DNA of 64,000 nucleotides from contig CBDBCF010000002.1 of assembly GCA_965202985.1 (NCBI GenBank), forward strand, positions 128,001-192,000, read 5' to 3'. The notes below the pieces were generated by a model, which ran no database searches, had not been told where the DNA came from, and worked only from the letters and a program-made list of their open reading frames with translations. Every line of letters begins with the position of its first letter. Within the stretch, counting starts at the first letter, position 1. The position numbers and the translations under genes were made by a program. Of the stretch, positions 47,601-56,467 are shown one piece after another. The stretch comes from Longimicrobiales bacterium. Its GTDB lineage: Bacteria > Gemmatimonadota > Gemmatimonadetes > Longimicrobiales > Gaopeijiaceae.

Positions 47601-49930
47601 AACTGGTCGAGCCACGCGCCCACGAGGGAGTTGCCGCACTTGACCTTGTGATCCAGGAAGCCGAAGGGCAGGCCCCGGTCCATGGTCTCGATCCACAGCG
47701 ACAAGCGGCAGAGCTCGACGGCCAAGGGGTCGATGTCCACGGCGTAGATGCAGCGCTCCACCACGTGACGGCGCAGCACGGCCCGCAGACGGGGCTCGAA
47801 GTCGTCATGGTCCTGCGGACAGGGGATCAGCTCGTCGCCCAAACGCTCGGTGTGCGGCTCGTATTCGGTCGGCGCGCCCAGCAACCGAATCAGCGTGCGC
47901 TCCCCGTCCGGCTCGATGCGTCCGTGGCGCTGAAGAGAAGCGAGGAGAGCGTTGGTCAGGAAGCGCAAAGCCGACAGCACGAACGCGCCCGAACCACAGG
48001 CCGGGTCGCACACCTTCAGTTCAAGGACCACCTCGGGGCGCTTGGGAGTCCACTTGGCGGCAGGAGCGTCTCGGTCGGGTTCGCCGTCCTTGCCGAGCGG
48101 CGGGTCGTAGGCCAAGGGCCGCAACGTGCGCTGCACCGTGGGCACGACCAAGCCGGGTCGCGTGTAGAAGCTGCCCGACCCCTTCCGGGTGCCGCCCCAC
48201 CGCACCAAGTACCACTCGCCGGGCAACACGACGCGGGCGACCAGCTTGCGGGCCTTTCGGGCCAAGTCGTCCTCGGCCTTCAGTCGGCGCTCCGGGGTGA
48301 GCTTGCCACGGGGTTTCTTGACCAATCCAGCCACGTGTGCGGCCCGCCGCGCCCACTTCTCGGCGCGGGTGCGGTTGGCAAATCGCGGGTCGGCGCCGTC
48401 CGGCGAAGCCTCGCTGGGGTCGCCGACGAGCGGCTCAGCGGCGTCTTCGGCTTCCGCTTCGTTCGCCTCGCCTTTGACAGCGGCTTGGCCCTCCGACTCC
48501 TCCGGTCCGTCGTCGTCCGCCGCAACATCCTTCTTCAGGTTGCTGAACAGCGCCCTGATCGCCTTGTCGTCCATCGCCTCCAGGCGCGACAACGGCAATG
48601 CCGGGTACTGGCCCGCCGCCAGGAAGATCACGGGCTCGCCGGGCGGGGCCGTCTTGAGCTCGTAGTCCAGCAGCCCCTCGTACAGTATGCCGATGTAGTC
48701 GGAGGACAGGTCCGAGAAGTCCACGGGCACTGTGACCCAGGTGCCGCCCCGGCCCTGGCGGATTCGGACCCGCGTGAGCGTCATCCGATCCAACATGCGC
48801 CGAACATCGTCGTCCGGGAGCACGTCGTGCTTCAAGCAGGCGGTCTCGAACACCGCCAAGGCTCGGGAGAGGCCGTCGGCCGACTCCGCGCTGCCGGGCT
48901 TGAAGAGCTCGCCGCCGTAGTCCTTGACCGGCATCTGGGGAAGGTGGGAGCCGTCGTGCACCAAGGTGAAGAGGGCCTGCACCTGGGGCCACGCGCTGAA
49001 GCGGTGGGACAGGGCATGGCCACCAACCGCCGACTGCAGCCGCTCCATCAGGCCGTTGAGGCCATAGCTGGCGTGGTAGACAGGGTTGTCCCTAGGCAGC
49101 AGGTCCCGGGCCTCGGCGAAGAGGATCACCACGAGGCGCATCGCGACTCGGCAGGCGGCCCGGTAGATGTCGGCGGGGTCCACGTCGGAGCACTGCTCCT
49201 TGAGCGCGTCTCCGTGGCCTTGGATCAGGATCTCGACGGCTTTCCGCACGCGCTCGCCCAGCGTCTCCGAGAGCTCGGCCTGTCCCTTGCGCGTGTCCCG
49301 AATCGCTTGGAGCAGAGGCGAGGCGGCGTCCTTTGACGCGGGAGTCCAGAGCTTGGGCTGCAACAGCGTCCGAAGCGCCTCCACCTGGGGCGCGGGCCTG
49401 CCTTCCTGGAACCACAGGTCCACGTCCCACTCGCACCAAGCCTCGAAGTCCAACCCGGCGAAGAGGAGTCGCCACTGCTTGCCGTTGGTGATCAGGGCCA
49501 AGTGGTCGTTGCCGGTGCGAAGCCATCCGAGTACCCGGCTGACCGTTCGGCGGCCCTTGCCGATCCCGACGCGCGGTCCCGGTTCCATGAACACCGGCAG
49601 ACGCCCGCCCCCGAGACCCTCCCACAGCTGGCGCGGCTTGACGACCTCTCCGGTCGGGGCTCGACGACTCCACTCGGGCCCGACCTTGGTGCCTCGCGTC
49701 CACGTGCCCGAGCCCGAGTCGAATCCGCACACGTCCTCCAACACGAACTTGACGAACGCCGGGGCCTCGTCCGTGGCGCGGCGACGCAGCTGTTGCTCGG
49801 TCCAGCCGTCCATAGGGTTGGGCGCATGAGGCGCCAAATCGGCCAAGCGCTGCCCGTCCAGCAGGAGCCCGCCGTGACGCAGGTCTCGCCAGCCAGTGAC
49901 CTCTTGACCAGCGCGCGAGGCGGCCGTCAC
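44690..49930 (-). CDS. Large N6-adenine DNA methyltransferase (DrmMI/type IIG-like)
   Basis: IGILYEGLL, RKGSGSFYT, VCDPACGSGAF (motif I), FHWELEFP, GFDAVLGNPPW (motif IV), NLYKLFLE; A/T-rich C-terminal TRD region. Confidence 0.93.
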   Translation of the reverse strand: MTAASRAGQEVTGWRDLRHGGLLLDGQRLADLAPHAPNPMDGWTEQQLRRRATDEAPAFVKFVLEDVCGFDSGSGTWTRGTKVGPEWSRRAPTGEVVKPRQLWEGLGGGRLPVFMEPGPRVGIGKGRRTVSRVLGWLRTGNDHLALITNGKQWRLLFAGLDFEAWCEWDVDLWFQEGRPAPQVEALRTLLQPKLWTPASKDAASPLLQAIRDTRKGQAELSETLGERVRKAVEILIQGHGDALKEQCSDVDPADIYRAACRVAMRLVVILFAEARDLLPRDNPVYHASYGLNGLMERLQSAVGGHALSHRFSAWPQVQALFTLVHDGSHLPQMPVKDYGGELFKPGSAESADGLSRALAVFETACLKHDVLPDDDVRRMLDRMTLTRVRIRQGRGGTWVTVPVDFSDLSSDYIGILYEGLLDYELKTAPPGEPVIFLAAGQYPALPLSRLEAMDDKAIRALFSNLKKDVAADDDGPEESEGQAAVKGEANEAEAEDAAEPLVGDPSEASPDGADPRFANRTRAEKWARRAAHVAGLVKKPRGKLTPERRLKAEDDLARKARKLVARVVLPGEWYLVRWGGTRKGSGSFYTRPGLVVPTVQRTLRPLAYDPPLGKDGEPDRDAPAAKWTPKRPEVVLELKVCDPACGSGAFVLSALRFLTNALLASLQRHGRIEPDGERTLIRLLGAPTEYEPHTERLGDELIPCPQDHDDFEPRLRAVLRRHVVERCIYAVDIDPLAVELCRLSLWIETMDRGLPFGFLDHKVKCGNSLVGAWLDQFAHDPVMAWKNREGGDKNHGNGIHFKKGARTKAIKAFVKDRLTPDLASFLRDPDLFLDDHLQRHDNAHRSALAVLEKMHALPVQDATERARLYRDEFVGSPAWSALKDAMDLWCACWFWPPGEIECAPLPRAFANPSQGTRDVVHRISADTRFFHWELEFPDVFREAGSGFDAVLGNPPWDVAKPNSHEFFSNIDPLYRSYRKQEAIRKQTSYFDDAASGEAIEHDWLDYNARFRFQSNYVKYAARPYGDPITKDKSVDRFSLARGTTNGVLHRSWRVRRSQSAGFADAMHPFCRQGSADLNLYKLFLEVAHALLSPAGRMGFIVPSGLYSDYGTAPIRTLFLEQCKWEWLFGIENGNKIFPIHRSYKFNPVVVQKGGSTEAIRTAFMRHDLDDWDRPEAVAIPYARSQVEQFSPQSRTLLEIQSKRDLDILEKMYANGVLLGDNGPNGWGVEYTREFDMTNDSKLFPPRAQWEAKGYQPDEYSRWLLGKWRPIGELWAELGVDPSRPTPAEVELEGWLFDSTAGPERRKAEARFVHGHLLKPGDIARSLWQVRCAPPPYDRLPVPRTSIPAGVFLSRDGNKWIIEGDVDDTAFPLWEGRMIGQFDFSAKGWVSGRGRSAVWRQIPWETKQVEPQYAIDERQHKLRSGCKVGFMNTTSSTNTRTMISSLLHDVPCGNSVPVLRVDGSDDDDSALLCAILASFVYDFSLRVRLSGLSANWFIIEETPVLATVSESTRHVLASLVKSLNGLAELIFGQEAMYPLLAGHSPVTLRERLRAKIVIDVLVSTLFNLDADDIGHILRNCCIPTQEIGQVHAHDDDAKGFWRVDKNMDPELRQTVLTMVAFVDLESKIKSRNGDRDMGIRDFLDQNHGEGWLIPETLRLADYGLGRDERAEQPQPVASRLGPRFYDWQLSQSPADAWRECRLHARNLLGSEEYAEFATDTPSRQPLMKAAEPRAEYRSDLFGTDDPS

Positions 49931-52900
49931 GGACGGCGCCGCGTTGCCGGGAGGCGCACTTCCACGGCCACCGGAAAGAGTTGGGCGTCCCCCGCCAAGG
50001 CGAAGCGCTTGGGAAACAGCCGTTTCACTGTGCGGTCGCGCTCTCGCTGGAGCTGGTCGCGAATCTCGTCGTGATGGAAGCGACGGCGCTTCAGCTCTTC
50101 TTCCCGTTCCTCGATAGATCGCTCCAAGTCGGCCAAGCGCTCGGCTTCGTTGAAGAGCTGTCCTTGGTCGCGCTGCCCCTTGAGTCGCTCGATTTCACGG
50201 CCCAGCCTGTCCATTGTGGTGCGTGTGATGAGTTCGGAGACTTCGGCCAGGCGCTGTCGGTAGCTCTCGTTATCGCGCTCCCTGGCATCGTCGCCGTCAA
50301 GCGAAAGCTGGGTGGCCAAGCGTACGCCGAGGCGGCGCCTGTGGTCGCGCATCCACTGCTTGAGCTCCGGCGCGGCGGCTTCCAGGATCTCGGCGGCCTG
50401 TGCCCGGCGAGCCGCGTCCTCGCACTTGCTTGCGCCCAGGAGCGACCGGGCGGGCGCGTGGGGAAGGGGCGGTCCGAGCTCGCCGTCGCGCACGGGGAAC
50501 ACGACCGTCCGCACCCAGCGGTGGAACGTCTCCCGCAACTTGTTCACGCCGATCTCCTCCACGCTGAGCAGAACCGCCGCCTCGGCTCCTTCCGGCACGC
50601 CGCCGCAGCGCGCGGTCCAGCGCGAGGCCTCGCTCCCGGCGCCCGGGTATCGCCGTTTCGCCAGCACGCCCAGGGCATGGCGCATGATTGGGTGGGCCAA
50701 GTGGACGAGCAACGCATCCTTTCGTGGCCGGAAGACGCTCAAGTCGCCCATCTGCTGGATGAACGGCTTTGGACCGAAAGCCAGTGCGGGAACCGGTCCC
50801 TGCGCCCCGCCGAGTCCGGGGCGGCGGACGGACTCGTCCACTACTTGGTTCCAGCCGGGCAACCCGGGGTTCACAAGCCGGTGAAGGCCGTCGCGGCCGT
50901 TGCTGCCGCCGCTGGTCTCGTGGGCGCGCGCGGCGGGCTCGAGCTGCGGCCGCCCGGCCGTGTCCGCCATCGCCGCCTCCAGCGTATCCCGGACCGCTTC
51001 GGGGTCGAAATCGATTTCGGCGGCTAAAATGTCCAGCGAAATGTCCCGATTTTCGCCGTTTGATGTCCCATCGGATGTCCCGTTGGACGTCCGGTCGGCG
51101 GCCCCGTCGCCGCCAAGGCTGGCACGGCCTCGCGCCGCCTCCACTTCCAAGTCCAGCCCGGCATGCACGGCGGCGGCGTCCTCGCCCCGAACCAAGCGGC
51201 GATGAACGGCACGGTCGAAGACCTCGTTGACCGACCCCAGGTCCTCCCGGATGTCGTCGGCCTTGCGGACCACATGGTCCAGGAAGCGCAAGTCCGGGTC
51301 CGTGTCGCTCACGAAGTGGTGGACGGTCACGTCGCGGGCTTGGCCGTAGCGGTCCAGGCGGCCGTTGCGCTGCTCCAGCCGAGACGGGTTCCAGGGACAG
51401 TCCCAGTGGAGCAGGTAGCGGGCCGTGCGGTGCAGGTTGAGCCCCTCCGACGCGGCGTCGGTGGCCACGAGGATGCGCACGGGGGACATGGGGTCGTTGA
51501 ACGCCGCCTTGACGTGCTCGCGCCCCGACTCGTCCATCCCGCCGGGGCCGCCCGCGCCGAACAGGGTCAGGATACGTTCGTCTCCGTAGCGCTCCCGCAG
51601 GCGGCGGGCCACATAATCCAGCGTCGTCTTGTACTCCGTGAAGACGACCAGCCGCTCATTGCCGCGGAACCGATCCTCGGCGCGAAGGCAGTCCTCGACG
51701 AGCTTCAAGAGCCGGTCGAAGCGGGCGTCGGCAATGGGCGTTTGGGACACGACGGGCGCAGCGCCGGCATCCAAGTCGAACTCCAGCCGGGCAAGGGCGT
51801 CTTCGATCCCGCGGACCTCGGCCATCAAGTCGCCCGCGAAGTTCTTCAGCCACGCCCCCACGACCGTCGATGCCGTGGCCTGGCGCTGCTGCGCCTCGCG
51901 GTCGTCGCCCGTGTCTTGGCGCAGCGAGCGTTCCACCGTGGCAAGCTGTTGATCGCCGGCGGCCTGCGGGTCCTCGAACCCCTGCTTGGCGCGGCTCCAC
52001 GACTCGGCGAAGGCGGTGGGGCAGGACAGCAGCCGCTTGCCGAAGATCTCGACCGCGAACGCACCGGCGCGGCGACGGCGTTTGCCTCCTTCCGCGACTT
52101 GCTCCCGGATGGCACTGCGAAAGGCGTCGAAGGCGGCGGAGAGGCGGGCCTCGTGCGGGCCGAAGGCGAGCGCCAGGGCCTTGGGCGGGCGCCGGGTGCA
52201 GAAGCGGGGGCCGGTCCCCTCGCCGGTCGCGGTCGCGTTGATGTCGCGCTTGAGCCGGCGAATCACCACGTCGTCGATGCGTCCGCGCATGGCGGGCGTC
52301 ATCTCGCTGGTGCGCGAGAAGCGGACCGGGTCCAGCATCTCCAGCAGTCCGGTGAACGAGCGGGTGTGGCCGTTGTGGGGCGTGGCCGACAGGAAGAGCC
52401 GGTGCTCGAAGCGCGGGGCCACAAAGCGCAGCATCTTGCACAGCTCGCTGTCTTCGCCGAACGGGGACGGCATCAGGTTGTGGCACTCGTCGACGATTAG
52501 CAGGTCCCATGGCAGGTGGGGAGAGCCTTCGCGAGTCTGGTGGTCGCAGGCCGCCCGGAACTGCTCCATCACGTCCGGCTGGCGCAGGTAGTGGTACGAC
52601 GCCACGACGCGGCTGAAGGAGCGCCAGGGGTTGGCGTCCATGCCTTGGCGGCGGCGCAGCTTCTCCGTGCTCAGCCGGTCCACGATCTCGAAGGGCAGCG
52701 AAAACTTCTCCTGCATCTCTTCGCTCCACTGGCGGCGGAGCGAGGCGGGCGTCAGCACCAGCACGCGACGGATGCGGCGGCGCAGCAGCAGCTCGGACAG
52801 AACGAGGCCGGCTTCCACGGTCTTGCCCAGCCCCACGTCGTCGGCGATGAGCAGGTTGACCCGGGGCATCCGCAACGCCTTCAGGAGCGGCTCCAACTGG

Positions 52901-53265
52901 TAGTTCTCAATGCGGACGCCACCGTGGAAGGGGCTGGCCAGGGGCTCCTGGGCCGGGCGGCCGTCGCCGGACGGGTCGAGGTAGGGCGAGATGGCCGTCC
53001 ACCGAGCCGCCCGAAGCATGGCGTCGAAGTCGGGCGCGGCCATGGGCGGACGGGCCGGGTCGGGCAGGGCGTTGGGCTCCAGGAGAGACGGCCTGCCTTC
53101 GATCTCCCACAGAAGGCGTTCCTCTCGGGGCGACTGATGGTCCGCGTACTCCAAGTGGACCAGGTGGATCCGGCCACGCTCGCCGTCGTGGGGCTCCACC
53201 GCCGCCACCACGCCCCTCCGGTTGCGGACGGTGGCCAGCATTCCGGGGCGGGGGACGTCCGTCAT
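49927..53265 (-). CDS. drmD: SNF2-family helicase, DrmD-like
   Basis: LLIADDVGLGKTVEAG, DECH, LSATPHNG, TDAASEGLNL, WNPSRLEQRNGRLDRYGQ; GTGA overlap with the MTase start. Confidence 0.85.
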   Translation of the reverse strand: MTDVPRPGMLATVRNRRGVVAAVEPHDGERGRIHLVHLEYADHQSPREERLLWEIEGRPSLLEPNALPDPARPPMAAPDFDAMLRAARWTAISPYLDPSGDGRPAQEPLASPFHGGVRIENYQLEPLLKALRMPRVNLLIADDVGLGKTVEAGLVLSELLLRRRIRRVLVLTPASLRRQWSEEMQEKFSLPFEIVDRLSTEKLRRRQGMDANPWRSFSRVVASYHYLRQPDVMEQFRAACDHQTREGSPHLPWDLLIVDECHNLMPSPFGEDSELCKMLRFVAPRFEHRLFLSATPHNGHTRSFTGLLEMLDPVRFSRTSEMTPAMRGRIDDVVIRRLKRDINATATGEGTGPRFCTRRPPKALALAFGPHEARLSAAFDAFRSAIREQVAEGGKRRRRAGAFAVEIFGKRLLSCPTAFAESWSRAKQGFEDPQAAGDQQLATVERSLRQDTGDDREAQQRQATASTVVGAWLKNFAGDLMAEVRGIEDALARLEFDLDAGAAPVVSQTPIADARFDRLLKLVEDCLRAEDRFRGNERLVVFTEYKTTLDYVARRLRERYGDERILTLFGAGGPGGMDESGREHVKAAFNDPMSPVRILVATDAASEGLNLHRTARYLLHWDCPWNPSRLEQRNGRLDRYGQARDVTVHHFVSDTDPDLRFLDHVVRKADDIREDLGSVNEVFDRAVHRRLVRGEDAAAVHAGLDLEVEAARGRASLGGDGAADRTSNGTSDGTSNGENRDISLDILAAEIDFDPEAVRDTLEAAMADTAGRPQLEPAARAHETSGGSNGRDGLHRLVNPGLPGWNQVVDESVRRPGLGGAQGPVPALAFGPKPFIQQMGDLSVFRPRKDALLVHLAHPIMRHALGVLAKRRYPGAGSEASRWTARCGGVPEGAEAAVLLSVEEIGVNKLRETFHRWVRTVVFPVRDGELGPPLPHAPARSLLGASKCEDAARRAQAAEILEAAAPELKQWMRDHRRRLGVRLATQLSLDGDDARERDNESYRQRLAEVSELITRTTMDRLGREIERLKGQRDQGQLFNEAERLADLERSIEEREEELKRRRFHHDEIRDQLQRERDRTVKRLFPKRFALAGDAQLFPVAVEVRLPATRRRP
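51055..51092 (-). repeat. Three degenerate 12-nt tandem units inside the SNF2 gene
   Basis: Encodes TSNG-TSDG-TSNG. Confidence 0.55.
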
Positions 53266-54863
53266 GCTCCCCACACCGCGATCTCGGTACCGTTCTCGGC
53301 GGTGCGGACGTCGCGAAACACCTTCTCGTCCCAACTGCGTTCCTGGTTGCGGTCGAAGACGACCAAGTGCCCGGCCTCGGCCCCGCAGCGATCCATGTAC
53401 GCCGCCGTCTGCTCCACGCCCTCGGCCACGGTGCGATCCCGGCGCCGGCGCTCGTGGCGAACCTTGCATTCGACCACGTACTTGCTCGCGCGCCCGCCCT
53501 GCGGCCACACGATCAACAGGTCGGTGCGCCCGCTGCCCAGCGCGTACTCTCGCTCGATCCGCCCGCCGCTGTTGACGACCCGCTGCAGGAACGCCTGCAA
53601 GAGCAGCTGCGGTCCCGCCTCCTTGAAGCCGTAGCGCTCGACCCAATGCTCCGAGTTCTCGCGGTAGAATTGCTGGAACGCTTCGAGCAGCTTGCCCAAC
53701 AGCAGCGCGCCGGAGGCGTCCACGTACCAGGCCGGGTCGTGCGGCAGGTCGTCCTGGGCGAGCCATGTGAGTTCGCGGGGCACGACCTCGGCGTAGATGG
53801 GGTTGGCCATGCGGATCGGGGGGTCGCGGGCGATCAGGCCCAGGTCCCGGACGTACTCCACGTCCCGAGCGGTGTAGCTGGACTCGCTGGCGCCGGCGAG
53901 AAGTGGTTCGACGACCCGCCAGACGCGGTCCTCGCGCAGCTTGTCGGTCAGCTGGTCCAGGTGGGTGTCGCGACGCTGGATCAGCTGCTCGCGGGCGTCC
54001 AGCACGTCCGCCTCGGTCACTGGGCGGGACCGATCCTTCGCCAAGTCGCCGCGGAAGCAGGTCTCGTAGGCCAGGGCGTTGACGAGCCAGGGCTGGCCCT
54101 GGGTCTGGGTCCAGATCGCGCCCATTGCGTCGTCGGTGAACGACTGTCCGGTCTCCTCGGTGTGCTGGCGGAGCAGGTCGTGCACTTCGTTCTTGGAGAA
54201 GTCGCCCAGGCGCAGGGACTCGGCCTTGATGTTGAAGGCGCTGCCGCCGGCGATCATCGTCTTGGCCGAGCCGGACCAGATGCGGTAGTCGCGGACGTCG
54301 CGGACGCCGCACAGGACCACGCTCTGGGGGAACCTCCCGGGCCTCATGTCGTAGCCTGCGCGAAGCTGGCGCAGCGCCGCCAGGAGCGTGTCGCCCACCA
54401 GCGCATCGATCTCGTCGATCAGCAGCACCAGCGGCTTCTCGTCGGCCTCGGCCCAGCGCGACAGGGCCTCGCCCCAAGCGCCGTCTCCGTGTTCGGCGAA
54501 GATCTCGGACCACGCCCCGGTCAGGAAGTCGTCGCCCGCCCGCCGCGCTTGGCGGGCCATCTGGCTCAGCATCACTTGCGTTGCCGCCCTCACGTCTTCG
54601 CGCATCGCCTGGCCGGCTTCGACGTTGACGTAGACGCAGCGGTAGCGGCCCTCGGCGTTGAGCAGGTCCTGGAGCGCCAGCAGAGCCGATGTCTTGCCGG
54701 TCTGCCGGGGGGCGTGAAGCACGAAGTACTGCTGTTCGTCGATCAGCTCTCGGACCTCGGCAAGGTCGAGTCGATCGAGGGGAGCGATGCAGTAGTGGCG
54801 TCGCTCCACTACGGGACCGGACCTGTTGAAGCGGCGCATCGGCGACAAGCCCTGGGACGACAT
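53262..54863 (-). CDS. AAA-like ATPase with C-terminal PD-(D/E)XK nuclease domain, copy 3
   Basis: HAPRQTGKTS (Walker A), LLIDEID (Walker B), GQPWLVN; REY..G.GRTDL...VVECK...Q...Y; ATGA overlap with the SNF2 start. Confidence 0.88.
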   Translation of the reverse strand: MSSQGLSPMRRFNRSGPVVERRHYCIAPLDRLDLAEVRELIDEQQYFVLHAPRQTGKTSALLALQDLLNAEGRYRCVYVNVEAGQAMREDVRAATQVMLSQMARQARRAGDDFLTGAWSEIFAEHGDGAWGEALSRWAEADEKPLVLLIDEIDALVGDTLLAALRQLRAGYDMRPGRFPQSVVLCGVRDVRDYRIWSGSAKTMIAGGSAFNIKAESLRLGDFSKNEVHDLLRQHTEETGQSFTDDAMGAIWTQTQGQPWLVNALAYETCFRGDLAKDRSRPVTEADVLDAREQLIQRRDTHLDQLTDKLREDRVWRVVEPLLAGASESSYTARDVEYVRDLGLIARDPPIRMANPIYAEVVPRELTWLAQDDLPHDPAWYVDASGALLLGKLLEAFQQFYRENSEHWVERYGFKEAGPQLLLQAFLQRVVNSGGRIEREYALGSGRTDLLIVWPQGGRASKYVVECKVRHERRRRDRTVAEGVEQTAAYMDRCGAEAGHLVVFDRNQERSWDEKVFRDVRTAENGTEIAVWGA

Positions 54864-56467
54864 CACATCCCCCACACCGCGATCTCGGCCCCGCTCTCGG
54901 CGGTGCGGACGTCGCGGAAGACCTTCTCGTCCCAGCTGCGCTCGTCGCTGCGGTCAAAGACGATCAAGTGCCCGGCCTTGGCCCCGCACCGATCCATGTA
55001 GGCGGCCGTCTGCTCCACGCCCTCGGCCACGGTGCGATCTCGGCCGCGGCGTTCGTGGCAAACCTTGCATTCGACCACGTACTTGCTTGCGCGTTCGCCC
55101 TGCGGCCACACGACCAGCAAGTCCGTGCGACCCGTCCCCAGCGCGTACTCCCGCTCGATCCGCCCGCCGCTGTTGACGACCCGCTGCAGGAACGCCTGCA
55201 AGAGCAGCTGCGGTCCCGCCTCCTTGAAGCCGTAGCGCTCGATCCAGTGCTCCGAGTGCTCCCGGTAGAACTCCTGGAACGCTTCGAGCAGCTTGTCCAA
55301 CAGCAGTGCGCCGGAGGCGTCCACGTACCAAGTCGGGTCGTGGGGCAGGTCGTCCTGGGCCAGCCAGGTCAGCTCGCGGGGCACGACTTCGGCGTAGATG
55401 GGGTTGGCCATGCGGATCGGCGGGTCGCGGGCGATCAGGCCCAGGTCCCGGACGTACTCCACGTCCCGAGCGGTGTAGCTGGACTCGCTGGCGCCGGCCA
55501 GAAGCGGTTCGACGACCCGCCATACGCGGTCCTCGCGCAGCTTGTCGGTCAGCTGGTCCAGGTGGGTGTCGCGGCGCTGGATCAGCTGCTCGCGGGCGTC
55601 CAGCATGTCCGCTTCGGTCACTGGGCGGGACCGGTCTTTCGCCAAGTCGCCGCGGAAGCAGGTCTCGTAGGCCAGGGCGTTGACGAGCCAGGGCTGTCCT
55701 TGGGTCTGGGTCCAGATCGCTTCGAGCGCGTCGTCGGTGAACGGTTGTCCGGTCTCCTCGGTGTGCTGTCGAAGCAGGTCGTGCGCTTCGTCCTTGGAGA
55801 AGTCGCCCAGGCGCAGGGACTCGGCCTTGATGTTGAAGGCGCTGCCGCCGGCGATCATCGTCTTGGCCGAGCCGGACCAGATGCGGTAGTCGCGGACGTC
55901 GCGGACGCCGCACAGGACCACGCTCTGGGGGAACCTCCCGGGCCTCATGTCGTAGCCTGCGCGAAGCTGGCACAGCGCCGCCAGGAGCGTGTCGCCCACC
56001 AGCGCATCGATCTCGTCGATCAGCAGCACCAGCGGCTTCTCGTCGGCCTCGGCCCAGCGCGACAGAGCCGCTCCCAGAGCGCCGTCGCGAAACTCGTCGG
56101 CGATGCCGGACCAAGCGCTCGACAGGAAGTCGTCGCCAAGCGCCGCCCGAGCCCGCAAGGCCATCTGGCCCAGCATGACCCGAGTCGCGCGCTCCACGTC
56201 TTCGCGCATCGCCTGGCCGGCTTCGACGTTGACGTAGACGCAGCGGTAGCGGCCCTCGGCGTTGAGCAGGTCCTGGAGCGCTAGCAGAGCCGACGTCTTG
56301 CCGGTCTGCCGGGGAGCGTGAAGCACGAAGTACTGCTGTTCGTCGATCAGCTCTCGGACCTCGGCAAGGTCGAGTCGGTCGAGGGGAGCGATGCAGTAGT
56401 GGCGTCGCTCCACTACGGGACCGGACCTGTTGAAGCGGCGCATCGGCGACAAGCCCTGGGACGACAT
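54863..56467 (-). CDS. AAA-like ATPase with C-terminal PD-(D/E)XK nuclease domain, copy 2
   Basis: Same motifs as copy 3; TGATG coupling to both neighbours; alternative start at ATG 56443. Confidence 0.88.
   Translation of the reverse strand: MSSQGLSPMRRFNRSGPVVERRHYCIAPLDRLDLAEVRELIDEQQYFVLHAPRQTGKTSALLALQDLLNAEGRYRCVYVNVEAGQAMREDVERATRVMLGQMALRARAALGDDFLSSAWSGIADEFRDGALGAALSRWAEADEKPLVLLIDEIDALVGDTLLAALCQLRAGYDMRPGRFPQSVVLCGVRDVRDYRIWSGSAKTMIAGGSAFNIKAESLRLGDFSKDEAHDLLRQHTEETGQPFTDDALEAIWTQTQGQPWLVNALAYETCFRGDLAKDRSRPVTEADMLDAREQLIQRRDTHLDQLTDKLREDRVWRVVEPLLAGASESSYTARDVEYVRDLGLIARDPPIRMANPIYAEVVPRELTWLAQDDLPHDPTWYVDASGALLLDKLLEAFQEFYREHSEHWIERYGFKEAGPQLLLQAFLQRVVNSGGRIEREYALGTGRTDLLVVWPQGERASKYVVECKVCHERRGRDRTVAEGVEQTAAYMDRCGAKAGHLIVFDRSDERSWDEKVFRDVRTAESGAEIAVWGM

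Noticed and set aside
49927..54957. 1676-aa ORF suggesting a long N-terminal extension of the SNF2 helicase
   Set aside because: The first ~560 codons are an off-frame reading of AAA copy 3; the likely start is ATG 53265, overlapping the AAA stop (ATGA)
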